Notes: a model not told the origin generated them from the sequence alone. Positions 1 through 16,935 are shown, numbered from the stretch's first letter. The stretch: 64,000 nt of DNA from the human T2T-CHM13v2.0 reference genome, Homo sapiens (GCF_009914755.1 NC_060929.1); one strand, 5' to 3'. A program made the numbers and translations.

Positions 1-21
1 TTTCCATCTATTTTCTCCTAG

Positions 22-57
22 ATGCCTGAGTATTTTAGAAGCCGTACTTCTAACTTG
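22..57 (+). other. Candidate 36-nt exon (open in phase 0: MPEYFRSRTSNL)
   Basis: Pyrimidine tract tttccatctattttctcctAG (1-21) and donor TTG|GTAACT at 58. Splice signals only; protein not recognised. Confidence 0.25.
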
Positions 58-349
58 GTAACTGCATTCTCCTGGTGTGTGTTAGTGTTTAGTTGGGTCA
101 AAGATTAGCAAGCATAAAACTTGGTTAGGTAATAGTGAAATGAGTCAGACATAGCAAATACATGTAGCTCACTTTATAATGGAAAAAAAATTCCAAATAT
201 ATACAACTCTAAGTAAAGCCTGATAGGGAAATTATTATAAAACAGTAGTTTAAATTATATATGTACTTAGGTACTTAAACACCAGAATTAATGTATTCAC
301 TCTATAGGTCTGTGATCACCCACTAATCAAAAAATATATTGTTGTTTTC

Positions 350-1380
350 CAGATAGACCAATAGATCAAAGAAACAGGAAAGACAGTCGTGAAATAGACC
401 CATGAGTATATGAAAAGTTAATTTTTTCTCACGGTGCAAAGAAAGAAATATAATCATTTTAACAAATGGGGTTGAAATGATTGTATATTTGTATATTCAT
501 ATACAAAAATTAGTAATTTTATTCTTATACCGTGTAAAACTGAACTAATTAGTTAACGTATATAATAGTCTAAATGTAACACCAAGTACTATAAAACTCC
601 TGAAAAAAATCAGAAAAATATTTGTAACTTTACTTAGGCAAAGATGTCTTACATGTGGCACCAAAAGCATGAAACAAAAAATGATAATTGGGACTTCATG
701 ATGAAGCTGATGAAAAGTTTGAATTCAAAGTATGTTTAAAAACATTAAAAACTTAGTAACGAGATAGTGAATCCTCAAATTATAGGCAAAAATTTTCAAA
801 TAGAATTTCACCAGTGAAAATATATGAACAGCTAATCAGCACATAAAAGATGCTCAACCTAATTTATAGTAAGAGAAATAAAAATTAAAAATTAGATACT
901 ACTATACAAATATTGCCAGTGGCTAAAATGGAAAGAACTGACCATACCAAATGTTGCTCAGGATGTGGAGGAGCTGAAATCCTCATATACTAATTGGGTG
1001 AATGTAAAACAATTTGGCCATTTTGAAAAAGAGCCTGATAAGTTCATAAAAAGTTGAACATACACCTACCATATAATATAGCTGTTCAACTGCTAGATAT
1101 TTACCCAAGGAAAAAAAAAAAAAAGCAACTCAAATGTCCATAGAAAGACTTGTATGCAAAAGTCCCAAGCTCAAAACTGGAAAGAGTCCAAAAGTCAATC
1201 ATCAGATGAATGTATACTCAGCAGTAAAACAGATTGAGCTATTTGTACACATAACAACAAGAATGAATCTCAAATAATTATATCAAATGAAAGAAACTAC
1301 AGATAGTCACATATTTTATCATTTACATTAAACTTTATATATTGCAATTTAATCTATAGTGTCAGAAAATAGATGAGTGG
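350..1380 (+). mobile_element. Old L1 (L1MC/L1ME-like) ORF2 3' part and 3' UTR, left half
   Basis: Decayed ORF2 motifs (gaaatagacccat, accaaatgttg...ggatgtggag, atttacccaagg). Interrupted at 1380 and resumes near 4301. Confidence 0.7.
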
Positions 1381-3296
1381 TTTATTCAATGCTTTGTAGT
1401 TCTCAGAATACAAGTCTTTCACCTCCTGAGTTGTTTATTAAGTATTTTGTTCTTTTTGGTGCTAGTTTACATAAGATTGTTTCCTAATTTCCTTTTCAGA
1501 TAGTTCATTGTTAGTGTTTAGAAACACTACTGAGTTTGTGTATTCATTTTGTATCTTGAAGCTTTACTAAAAGTTTGTTTATTAATTCTAAGATTTTTCA
1601 CAGAATTGTTAGGGTTTTCTAAAAGATCATGTCACCTGCAAACAGGGACAGTCTTACATCTTCCTTTTCAATTATGATGCTTTTATTTTTATTTTTTTTG
1701 TTCTGGATAGAACTTCCAGCACTATGTTAAATGGAAATGGTAATAGTGGGCATCCTTTCCTTTTTCCTCGTCTCAGAAGAAAAGCGTTCAGTTTTTCACT
1801 ATTAAGATGCTAGCTGTGGATTTTTCATATATAGTCTTTATTACATTGATATCCTTTTCTTCTATTCCTAGTTTTTTGAAATTTTTTATCATGAAAAAGT
1901 GTTGAATTTTGACAAATGCTTATTCTACATCTGTTGAGATGAGCATGTGATTTTTATCCTTCATTTTTTTACTGTGGTGTGTTTTATATATATATAGATT
2001 TTACTATATTGAATCATCTTTGCATCCCCAGGGATAAATAACACTTATTCAAGTTGTGTGATCCTTTACATGTGCTGTTGGATTTGATTTGCTAGTATTT
2101 GTTAAGGACTTTTCGCTCCATATCTACCAGAGATATTGGCCTATAGTTTTCTTTTCTTATGTCATGTTTAGCTTTGCTACCAGAATAATGCTGGGCTTAT
2201 GAATGAGTTTGTATTTGGAAGTCTTCCCTCATCTTCAATTTCTTGAAAGAGTTTGAGAATTGGCATTATTTTATTTTTATTTTTTTCAGAGAGAGGGGCT
2301 TCCTCTGTCACCCATTTTGGAGTGCAGTGATATGATCATTGCTCACTGCAGCCTCAAATTCCTAGACTGAAGCCATCCTCTCACTTCATGCTTCTGAGTA
2401 ACTAGGACTACAGGCATTCACCACCATACCCAGCTATTTTTTTTTAATTTTTTGTAGAGATGAGGGCTCACTTTGTTGCCCAGGTTGGTCTCAAACTCCT
2501 GCCTTCAAGCAATCCTCTCACCTCAGCCTCCCAAAGCACTGGGATTACAGGTGTGAGCCACCATGCCCATACCCAGCCTAATGCTTCCTTAAATGCTTGG
2601 TAGAATTTAACAGGGAAGCTATCTGTTTTAGGCTTTTCTTCGCTGAAAGGTTTTTACTTAATGATTCAATTGCCATACTAGTTGTAGTTCTGTTAAGACT
2701 ATTTCTTAATAACTTAGTTACAGCGTCTCTAGAAATGTGTCTGTTTCTTCAAGGTTATCCAGTTGATTGGCATGTGATTGTTCATAGTGGTCTCTGGTGA
2801 TCCTTTTTATTTCTGTAGCATCTATTGTAAGTTCTCTTCTGTCATTTCTCATTGTATTTATTTGAGACTTCTCTCTTTTTTTCTTACTGTAGGTAAAGGT
2901 TTGTCAAATTTGTTTATGATGCGATAAACCAACTCTTAGTTTTGTTTACATTTTTTATTGTTTCTCTATTTTCTATTTTGTTTATTTCTGTTCTAATCTT
3001 TGTTACTTACACCCCTGTAACTTTCAGCTTAATTTGTTCTTTTTATAACTCCTTGAGGTGTAAAGGTAGATTGTTTATTTGAAATCTTTTTTTTAATGTA
3101 GATGTTTATCTCTGTGAAATATCCTCTTAATACTGCTTTTCCTGCATTCCATAAAATTCAGGATGTTGTGTTTTCATTTCCATTTGTATTTAAATATTTT
3201 CATATATCCTTTTTGACCCACAGGTTTTTTAGAAGTGTGTTGTTTAATTTCAAAATATTTCTAAATTTTCAGGTTTTTGTTCTGCTATTAATTCAT
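1381..3296 (-). mobile_element. Inverted 5' segment of an L1MA10/L1MB-like element (ORF2 RT region)
   Basis: Antisense ORF2 (gatcatgtcacctgcaaacagggacag, i.e. the LFADDM region). Contains an Alu. Confidence 0.85.
2268..2578 (-). mobile_element. AluJ
   Basis: T-rich tail, both monomers, AluJ-type tcattgctcactgcagcctc and caagcaatcctc. Confidence 0.9.
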
Positions 3297-3740
3297 AGAA
3301 ATTAAAAAAGACAAAAAGGCACCCTGTGTTCATGGATTAGAGTAAAAAATATCATTAATATGTTCATATTACCCAAAGACAGCTACATATGCAATGCAAT
3401 CCCTATTAAGATCTGAATAACATTTTTTTGCAGAAATACAAAACAAAATTCTAAAATTTATATACAACTACAAAAGACCCTGATTAGTCAAAACAGTCTT
3501 AAGCAAAAAGAACAAAGCTGGAGGTATAACACTTCCTGATTTCAAAATATATTACAAAGGTATAGAAATCAAAAAGGCATTTTACTGGCATAAATACAGA
3601 TACCTAGACTAATGGAACAGAAAAGAAAGCCCAGAAATAAACCTCACATATGAAATCAATTGATCTTTGACAGGGTTGTCAAAAAGGCACAATGGGGAAA
3701 GTATAATCTCTTATATAAATATCCATATAAAAGAAAATGT

Positions 3741-3798
<58 letters not shown>

Positions 3799-4300
3799 TC
3801 ACATTTCGTATATCCATATATAAAATATATGGATATATAAGCTACGTATATATATATACACACAGAAAATGGAATATATATACACACAATGAAATGCTCT
3901 TCAGCCCTAATAAAAAAGGAAATCTTGTCATTTGTGACAACACAGATGAACTTTGAACTCATTGTGCTAAGTGAAATATGACAGTCACATAAATATAAAT
4001 GCTGCATGATTCCACTTAAATGAGGTATATAAGATGACTGAGTTCATAGAATCAAGGTGTGAGATGGTGGTTGCTTTTGCCAGAGGCTGGGGATTGGAGA
4101 AGAGGAGGAGTTACCGAACCCTGGCCATATATTTTCAGTTAAGCAAGATGAATAAGCATAGAGATATGCTGTACATTGTACCTATAACCAACAATAACGT
4201 ATTGTACACTTGAAAATTATGAAGAAGGTAGATCTCATGTTGTGTCTTTATCAAAAAACTTTTCAAAAAGAACATAAATAATGAATAAATAGGAATAAAG
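3297..4300 (+). mobile_element. Sense 3' segment of the same L1MA10/L1MB-like element, with an internal deletion at a (TA)n tract
   Basis: ORF2 gttcatggatt...aacaaagctggaggta, 3' UTR gtagatctcatgtt, A-rich tail. Degenerate TSD at 1365-1380 and 4301-4315. Confidence 0.85.
3742..3890. repeat. (TG)n(TA)n(CA)n microsatellite and TA-rich tract
   Basis: Seen directly. Confidence 0.95.
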
Positions 4301-4550
4301 GAAGCAGATCAGTGGTTTTCAGGGGTCAAAAAGAGCACAGGGAGGGACAGCAGTGGAGGATTATAAATGGGTATGAGGCAACCAACTTCTAGAAGTGGTG
4401 GATTTGTTCAAAATACTTTTGGGGTTGCTGGTGTCATGGAGATATATACGTATGCATGTACATATATGTGTGTGTATGTGCATTTACTTAAATAAGGGCA
4501 CTTTTCTGCATGTCCTTTTTATCTCAACAAAGATGCTGTAAATAAATAAC
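4301..4550 (+). mobile_element. Continuation of the host L1MC/L1ME 3' UTR
   Basis: gaagcagatcagtggtt continues aatctatagtgtcagaaaatagatgagtgg from before 1381. Confidence 0.65.
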
Positions 4551-4624
4551 TAGAAAAATATTTTGGTAGTTATGGGTCAAGAAGTACTAAATTGAAACTA
4601 GAATTATAGTTAATTTATAAATTA

Positions 4625-5580
4625 ACATAAAAATTATGGTCTATTTAACCATTGATTCATTGAAAAACATCTATTCTTTCCATTAGTGTTTATTACGGAT
4701 AGAGCAGTAATAAACATTACTATACATGTTTTCTGTGAATCTGTTTTTTATTTCTCTAAGACAAATGCCCAAGGGTGGAACTGCTGTATGATATGGTAAT
4801 TATATGTCTAGTTTTACAGGAAATTTCCAAAATCTTTACCAGACTGTTTATACCATTCTACATTCGCACCAAAAATGTTCTACATATTTTCCACCATGTT
4901 TGGTGTTCTCACTATTTTTTATTTGCCTATTCTGGTAGTTGCGGAGTGATATCCCATTGTGGTTTTAATTTGCATTTCCTTGATGGTTAATAATGTTATA
5001 TCCTCTTCTCATGCTTTTGTCATCTGTATACAGTTTTTGGTGAAATAAATGGACTACTGATAGATGCAACAACTTGAATGACTCTCCAGGAAATTATAGT
5101 AAATTAAAAAAAAACGCTAACCCAAAATATATATACAATATAATCCAACTTATAAAGCATTTTAGAAATCAAGCATAAGGTAGTGGTTGTCCTGAATCAG
5201 AAATGAGTGAGGTGGAGAGAAGAAAGGAAACCTACAAATGGAAAATATGAAGGATTCTCATGACGACTTTGTATCCTGATTGTGGAAGTTTCTCATGAAT
5301 ATACGCATGGTAAAATGACAAAGAACTAAATATATTCACACACTGACAAAAGTACAAGTAATTCTGATAAAATATCTCAATACTATTTGTGGATGGTATC
5401 AATATCAATACCACAATATACTGGTTGTAATATTTACTATAGTTTCAGTTTATACTAAAGTTTTGAAAGCTATTACCATGGCAAGAAATTGGGTAAAGAG
5501 TACCAAGGATATCACTGCATTATTTTATACAACTGCATGTGAATATACAATTATCCCTAAAATAATTATTCAAGTAAAAG
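4625..5580. mobile_element. L1MC-like 3' fragment: minus-strand piece (~4625-5045) joined to plus-strand 3' UTR (~5043-5580)
   Basis: Antisense gtggttttaatttgcatttccttgatg, followed by sense actactgatagatgcaacaac...caactgcatgtgaatatacaatta. Confidence 0.7.
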
Positions 5581-6319
5581 TATTCATGACATGTGACCAA
5601 CAATACACTCAGAATAAAATGCATAACTTAAATGATTTAATCAAGAATAATTCATACTAAATTTTGAAATTAAAATAAAAGATAGAAGTGATTAAACTAG
5701 CATGGTTTATATCAGGAGTAAGAGAATATCTCCAATGTTAGTAAATTTAACAATATAACCATCATTTATTTCTCAATTCATGTGGCCTTGAGGATCACTA
5801 AAATGTAGGCAATATTGTTTTATATTCATTTCTACCTTTAAAAAATCCCTTTTGGTTTTATCCAGAAAGAAAAAATATTTCCTTTATTTAGTAATTATAA
5901 TCAGTAGTAGAAGAAACTACTGTTTTTTCTTCCAGTAGCCAGGTGGGTGATAGAATTAATTATATGTAGAGTATAAATATGACAATATCTTAATCAAAAT
6001 TAAGATATTATGTATGTGTATATCTATCTATGCTTATATCAGCAAAGGAAATTTGAGGCAGAACATGCGCTAGGACTTTTTTTAAGTTACTTCAGGTACA
6101 GTATGAGTAGGGGATAAAAGGAAGTTATAATTTATATTTGTGTGTGTATCTTTTGTTCATACAAACACACATGCTTGTAATATATATTTATTGTATAATG
6201 TAGCATACCTTGCTTATTGTTACTGTAACAAAATAAAAATACTAAAGAAAATATTACATTATAACTAATAAAATAATTATAAAATACTAAACGTCAACAT
6301 AATTTAGATAATTAAAGTA

Positions 6320-6525
6320 ATAGATAAAGACAACAAACAAAAAATAAATACTACAAAACCTAAGAAGAGACTTAGTTAAACGGAGACAAATTGTGTTCTA
6401 GGTTAAGAAGTCTCAGTATTTCATTATGGCATTTCTCCAGCAATTTATTTCTAAAATTTTTTCAATTTAACAACAATACTATCTGAGAATAGACAGACAG
6501 TCTTCAGTTGTGTTTTAGAAAAAAA

Positions 6526-6565
<40 letters not shown>

Positions 6566-6900
6566 GTAAATAAATCAAACCTTGTTTTACCAATTTATGA
6601 AAACTTTTATGAAGACAGGGTAACTTAAAGAATGTGGCACTGGCTTAGTTACAGACAAACACTTGTATGTCAAAATAATATGCCTAGAAACAATTCTACC
6701 CTAAAAATGTGTGTATATGTGTAATATATATGTATTATATGTGAGAAATTTAGTCCTACACATGATTAAGAATGATGTTTTACTTAACACACAGCATGAA
6801 AATGGTGCTAAGTCTGCAAAAAAAAGTTTGTACTCATATGGATAGTAAAATTTAACTAAAATAATTGTCAGGTAAAATTTAGAATATATTTTCATTGAGC
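6320..6900 (+). mobile_element. Highly decayed L1ME-like ORF2 fragment containing a (TA)n at 6526-6565
   Basis: Weak ORF2-like motifs (gtgttctaggttaagaag, tgtggcactggc). Confidence 0.4.
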
Positions 6901-6906
6901 ATACAA

Positions 6907-6990
6907 GTCAAATTGAAATGCTGGACATATATTATGTCAAATTGGAATGCTAGACACATGAAAGTCAAATTAAAATGTTGAACATATAAA
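6907..6990. repeat. Three-copy ~28-29 bp degenerate tandem repeat
   Basis: gtcaaattgaaatgctggacata / gtcaaattggaatgctagacaca / gtcaaattaaaatgttgaacata. Confidence 0.85.
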
Positions 6991-7019
6991 AATGCAATAT
7001 TAGTAAAATAATTTACAAA

Positions 7020-7750
7020 TTCGGTGTTACATTTTGTAAAGATTTTTGTGTCTGTGTTTATGAGAGACATTTGTCTATAATCATTTTGTTTTGTAATGTC
7101 TTCTTATGGTTTTCCTGTAAGTATAATGCCGACCCTTTAAAATGAGTTGGGAAGTGGTCTCTCTTCTTCTGTTTTCGGTATTGTTAATATTTTGTATGAT
7201 TTTATCTTTAAATGTTTAGTATAACTAACTCGATAAAAAACAGCTGAGCCTGAATTATCCTATCTTGGAAGTTTTGTTTATTTTAATTACAAATTAACTT
7301 ATTTAATAGATACAGACTACATGTGTTATTGCCGATAACTGTTAATTTTTAAGGGATTTTGGTTTGTGTCTTTCATGTAAGTGTCCATATTATTTTATTT
7401 ATAAAACATAAGAGTATAGGATGATTTACATTACCTCATTTTCATTTAATGTATCTGAGATTAACATGGAAGTAACCTCTTTCATTCATGATGCAAAATT
7501 TGCATTCTATCTCTCTCATTTTCTCTTTGGTTAATCTGGTTAGAATTTAATCAATTTTACTAATTTTTTATAGAGTTAAACTTTGAATAGTGTATTTGCC
7601 TATTACTTTCCTATGTTTATTTTTATTAATTTCTCCTCTAATTTTTATTAATCCCTGTCTTCTGATAACTTTAGATTTAAGTTGCTATTATTTCTTTAGT
7701 TTCCTAAAGCAGAAGCTTAATTTAATATTTTTAATGATTTTTAGTCCTTT
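7020..7750 (-). mobile_element. Old L1M ORF2 fragment
   Basis: Antisense ORF2 (gatttttgtgtctgtgtttatgagaga, aatgagttgggaagtg). Confidence 0.7.
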
Positions 7751-8375
7751 CTAATTAAAAAATACAGTATTACAGTGTGTACTGACAGAGAATAATACCT
7801 AACATATATATTGACTTAGAAGAAAAACCAAGAAACATAGCAGTATTTTGAGTAGAAATTCATTTTTGTAAAAAAAACAGTGTATATATGTGCACCCTAA
7901 ACATGCAGTAAGAAGTATGGAAGCATATGCAAAAAGTCTGAAGCAATTTATGGTATGGCTAAGTTTAAGATGTCAAGAACATATTATTTTCCATATATAA
8001 TTTATTATTGTATGTTTTATATAATAAAATTTATTATTTCTATTATATCAGTGACAATGTATGAATAAACTAGTCAGTGGGAATTTGAGGAAAGATGTTG
8101 AGAAATAATTTAGTGATGTTTAGACAATTAACTAACACTTTTTGAAATATAAAACATAAAAGCTAAATCCTTACATCCAAAATTCCATGAAAATAAGTTT
8201 CTGATAAAAATAAACATATAAAAAGGTAAATGAAATAAAAAAGTAGAAAATATTATTTTTTCACATTTTTGTGATAGAAAAAATTGTAAATTAGAACTGC
8301 AAAAGCATGAATAACAAGGTAATGGGTCTACATAAAAATACTGAACATTTCTATACAATTTAAAAATTTTTTAAA

Positions 8376-10063
8376 ATCTTTGTTGGTTTAAAGTCTGTTT
8401 TATCAGAGACTAGGATTGCAATCCCTGCCTTTTTTTGTTTACCATTTGCTTGGTAGATCTTCCTCCATCCCTTTATTTTGAGCCTATGTGTGTCTCTGCA
8501 TGTGAGATGGGTTTCCTGAATACAGCACACTGATGGGTCTTGACTCTTTATCAAATTTGCCAGTCTGTGTCTCTTAATTGGAGCATTTAGCCCATTTACA
8601 TTTAAGGTTAATATTGTTACATGTGAATTTGATCCTGTCATTATGATGTTAGCTGATAATTTTGCTCGTTAGTTGATGCAGTTTCTTCCCAGCCTCGATG
8701 GTCTTTACAATTTGGCATGTTTTTGCAGTGGCTGGTACCTGTTGTTCCTTTCCATGTTCAGTGCTTCCTTCAGGAGCTCTTTTAGGGCAGGCCTGGTGGT
8801 GACAAAATCTCTCAACATTTGCTTGTCTGTAAAGGATTTTATTTCTCCTTCACTTATGAAGCTTAGTTTGGCTGGATGTGAAATTCTGGGTTGAAAATTC
8901 TTTTCTTTAAGAATGTTGAAAATTGGCCCCCACTCTCTTCTGGCTTGTAGAGTTTCTGTCGAGAGATCAGCTGTTAGTCTGATGGGCTTCCCTTTGTGGG
9001 TAACCCGACCTTTCTCTCTGTCTGCTCTTAACATTTTTTCCTTCATTTCAACTTTGGTGAATCTGACAATTACATGTCTTGGAGTTGCTCTTCTCGAGGA
9101 GTATCTTTGTGGAATTCTCTGTATTTCCTGAATTTGAACGTTGGCCTGCCTTGCTAGATTGGGGAAGTTCTCCTGGATAATACCCTGCAGAGCGTTTTCC
9201 AACTTGGTTCCATACTCCCTGTCACTTTCAGGTACACCAATCAGATATAGTTTTGGTCTTTTCACATAGTCCCATATTTCTTGGAGGCTTTGCTGGTTTC
9301 TCTTTATTCTTTTTATTCTTTTTTTCTCTAAGCTTCTCTTCTCACTTCATTTCATTCATTTCATCTTCCATCACTGATATCCTTTCTTCCAGTTGATTGA
9401 ATTGGCTACTGAGGCTTGTGCATTCATCACGTAGTTCTCATGCCTTGGGTTTCAGCTCCATCAGGTCCTTTAAGGACTTCTCTGCATTGATTATTCTGTT
9501 AGCCATTCGTCTAATTTTTTTTCAAGGTTTTTAACTTCTTTGCCATGGGTTCGAACTTCTTGCCTTAGCTCGGAGTTTGATCATCTGAAGGCTTCTTCTC
9601 CCAACTCGTCAAAGTCATTCTCTGTCCAGCTTTGTTCCGTTGCTGGTGAGGAGCTGCATTCCTTTTGAGGAGGAGAGGCGCTCTGATTTTTAGAGTTTCC
9701 AGTTTTTCTGCTCTGTTTTTTCCCCATCTTTGTGGTTTTATCTACCTTTGTTCTTTGACGATGGTGACGTACAGATGGGGTTTTGGTGTGGATGTCCTTT
9801 CTGTTTGTTAGTTTTCCTTCCAACGGTCAAGACCCTCAGCTGCAGGTCTGTTGGAGTTTGCTGGAGGCCCACTCCAGACTCTGTTTGCCTGGGTATTAGC
9901 AGCAGAGGCTGCAGAATAGCGGGTATTGGTGAGCAGCAAATGTTGCTGTCTGATCGTTCCTCTGGAAGTTTTGTCTCAGAGGAGTACCCGGCCCTGTGAG
10001 GTGTCAATCTGCCCCTGCTGGGGGGTGCCTCCCAGTTAGGCTACTCGGGGGTCAGGGACCCAC

Positions 10064-10065
<2 letters not shown>
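8376..10065 (-). mobile_element. Inverted 5' part of an L1PA4/5-like element: distal 5' UTR, ORF1 (9727-8705, disrupted) and ORF2 endonuclease N-terminus (8641-8376)
   Basis: Translations MGKKQSRKTGNSKNQSAS, ENFPNLARQANVQIQEIQR and MTGSNSHVTILTLNVNGLNAPIKR are L1 ORF1p and ORF2p. Confidence 0.97.
9857..9985 (-). promoter_or_regulatory. ~129-bp L1 5' UTR segment reported to carry the ZNF93 repressor site (absent from L1HS/L1PA2)
   Basis: Extra sequence between the two ggagt motifs at 9853 and 9981, which collapse to one junction in L1HS. The function is from the literature, not seen here. Confidence 0.7.
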
Positions 10066-13845
<3,780 letters not shown>

Positions 13846-14269
13846 TAAATTTAGGCAAATTGGAGAGATTAAATTATTCCCATATATTGAACATTAGAAA
13901 CATAAATTGGATGATAATGTTGAAAGATAATTTACATATAAGTAAGAAATTTTTTAAAAATTATATACTTATATAGACCTAATAATTTTACATTTAATTT
14001 TTTCTAAGGAAATAATCAAGTATATGTAAAAGTGTGTAGACAAAAGATATTTACATTAACAAATTACAGTACAACTTACTCTTCCAAAACAGAATATGTC
14101 TAAACAAATACTCTTTCAAAAGCTTTATAAAGCTTGAAGAATAATGTTGTAATTATTTAGCGATTTGGAAAAATGTTCATAACGTAATATTAAGACAAAA
14201 TATCAGGTTGTAGTTCTAAATATGGTAGACGTTAGTCTAGCTATCTCAATCATCATTTTAAAAGTAGAA

Positions 14270-14480
14270 GGCATTCAAAAATTAAAAGCAGAGATGTTCC
14301 AAGGGATGAAAATATCAACTATATTACCTATTAAAAAATTACATTAAATATGATGACACAAATAGGTTAAATGTAACTGAGAAAGATATACCATGCTATC
14401 GCAAATCAAAAGAAACTGGAATGGCCAGTAATATGATTTTAGGAAAAGCAGATTTCAGAGCAAGAAAAATTATCAGAATG
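14270..14480 (+). mobile_element. Old L1M ORF2 endonuclease fragment
   Basis: attaaaagcagagat...gaaagatataccatgcta...aaagcagatttcagagcaag. Confidence 0.65.
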
Positions 14481-16819
14481 ATTTTAAATACAAAACAAGA
14501 ATTACACAGATCATGAAATAGTGTACTCACTTATGACCAGTTGAGTATACAGAATCATTTAGAGTCATTTTTTGTATGTAACCAATTGAGAATTGCTATT
14601 AGTAGAGGAAACATACCATGAATTAATATTTCTTAAACAATATTTTCTCTTCCTCTTCAAGACCATATAACAATAGTTTATTCAGTGCTTTTGTGGCTTG
14701 GAGTTTAATTAGGAAATTTTTGCAGTTGTGTATTTTGGGATATTTTGTAAGAAATCTAAAGTTGTCCTCAGAAACATTTTTTAATTTGTTCCTATTTTAA
14801 ATAGACTTTAAAAATATTTACTCATGCAGAATTATTTTTATCTCTGAACTTATTTAGGACAAAGCCTGTATCTACCAGTTAGCACCAAGCCTGGCACGTA
14901 GAAATTCTTAAATAAATATATACAGTGTGAATGAGTGGTAAATTAGTCATTAGGTGAAGGAAGCAACAATATTATCATCATCTGACAACACTTTCTTCTA
15001 TTGAGAAATACAATTAATAGGAACCTTCTATTCTTTCTTAATTTAAAACTACATAGAAAAAGTTTTAATTTCAATAATATGTTCATTAAAATTTTAAGAA
15101 AGATTATTTCAAAACTCCTTGTTAAAGTAATCCATAGCTCCAAATCATAAAAACTAAATGCTTTACATCTCATAAGAAAATAATTTCACAATGTAGTTGT
15201 AGCAGGGATAAGAATAACTTTTCCCGGAAAATATGGTATGGAAAAGTCATGGAACTCTCAAAGAAAATATAAGACTCCATAGCTTTCAGCCTGGAAATTT
15301 ATAGTCACCAAATATAGGTCAAACTAACTATATTTTTGTCTGGAATTATAACTAAAAGCACTGGCCAAATATGGCTGTTTCTTTAGACACCAACTTTATT
15401 TCAAGTGTTATTTTAATTTCTATTTTTTATTTCATTTGTCCTTTCCCTAAAGTTTTACCTTGAATAGACAGAAACATTGCTTATATTTCTTACTACAATG
15501 CTTTAACTTAGCTATTCCACTGACTTAACAAGAATTCAGATGGCAGTAGAATGAAGATAACTGTCAGCCTTAGAAAAACATGAGCTTCTAAAGGAGTTTC
15601 TCTCCTTCAGCCTTTGTGTTTCATGGTACAGGATCTAATACATCATTCTGATATCAGAAAGCATGACATACAGTCATCCATTTTGTTTTATTCTATGTAT
15701 TTAATCAAAATGGATGATCTAGGGAGCTTTTTCTGAGCATATGCTTATCCATATTTTAAGCCAATAATTTTGACCAAGATAACACAGATTTTAAAGAAAA
15801 ACTAATCTATTTCAATAGTTATACACTCAACTTGAACCCACTAAACATTATCATTTCACCTTTATTGTACCTTTTTTATAAGTTTGAAGACACTTTCCTT
15901 TTATATTATTTGTATTATGGAAAATAATTATTTTACCCAAATGTAGTATTACAACATTAATTCTATTATTTCATTATTTGATATAAATGCTAGTATTTTT
16001 ATAATGGCTTTATTAAGATATAGTTCATGTTCTATATAATTCACCTGTACCATGTAATATATAGTTATTAATTCAGTATCATGATTCAGGACACAGCTGA
16101 CATTATTCTACTCTGAATTTGATATTATTTTACTCTGCTTGCATATAAATTCATGAGAAAAATATAACGGGGAATATCTTAACATACAAATAATTCAGTT
16201 CTCTAATTTCTATACAATAGTACCAACATATATTTCATGTTATATTTAGAAATCTTGGTTTAAAATTAAATTTCATTCAAATAAGAATACATTACAATTT
16301 TATTAAAATGCTTTCATCAATATTCATACTGTGACACAGCCCTATAGATTAAATAAAGTAATAATACAATCTAACATTGCTGCAATAATTTGTACTTGGT
16401 TTCCAAAATATTTTATAGGCATTATAGCTGAACAAAGATAATAATAATAATATTTTGCATAAATGTAGTAATTTACATTTGTTTCCATAAAGTTCAAAGC
16501 TTATTTATTTATCTGAACCTTGTGAGATAAGAAGGGGAGTATTTATCATCACTATTTTATCACTGTGAACTGATGGCTAGAGAGCAGCTAAAGCATGTCT
16601 CAAATGGATATTCTTTTCAGAGAACTTAGCTACAACAAAGGCGGAAAAGATAGAATGACTCTGAAGTAAAGGAAAATTTCAAAATAGTTTCTATCTTAAA
16701 AAGACATGAAAATTTTCTGAGAATAAGAATGAATGCATTTTCCCTATTGTTGTCTTTTCTTGCATCCACTTCTCTTTACTCACCCCTGTTAATCAACTTA
16801 AATGTACGTTTCATGTTTT

Positions 16820-16935
16820 TTTCCTGATCTTTTGAGAGCAAGAGGTGTGTATTTTGTCCTTTTTATCCTCAGCATCTAGAAAAGTGATTGCAATACAGAA
16901 GAAATTTAATAAATACTAATTCAATGACTGAATGC
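16820..16935 (+). mobile_element. L2 3' end fragment
   Basis: tttatcctcagcatctag...aataaatactaattcaatgactgaatg. Confidence 0.55.

Noticed and set aside
3660-4007. ORFs with YI repeats on both strands
   Set aside because: Translation of a (TA)n microsatellite.
6907-6990. CRISPR-like repeats
   Set aside because: Adjacent degenerate units with no spacers, in a eukaryotic context.
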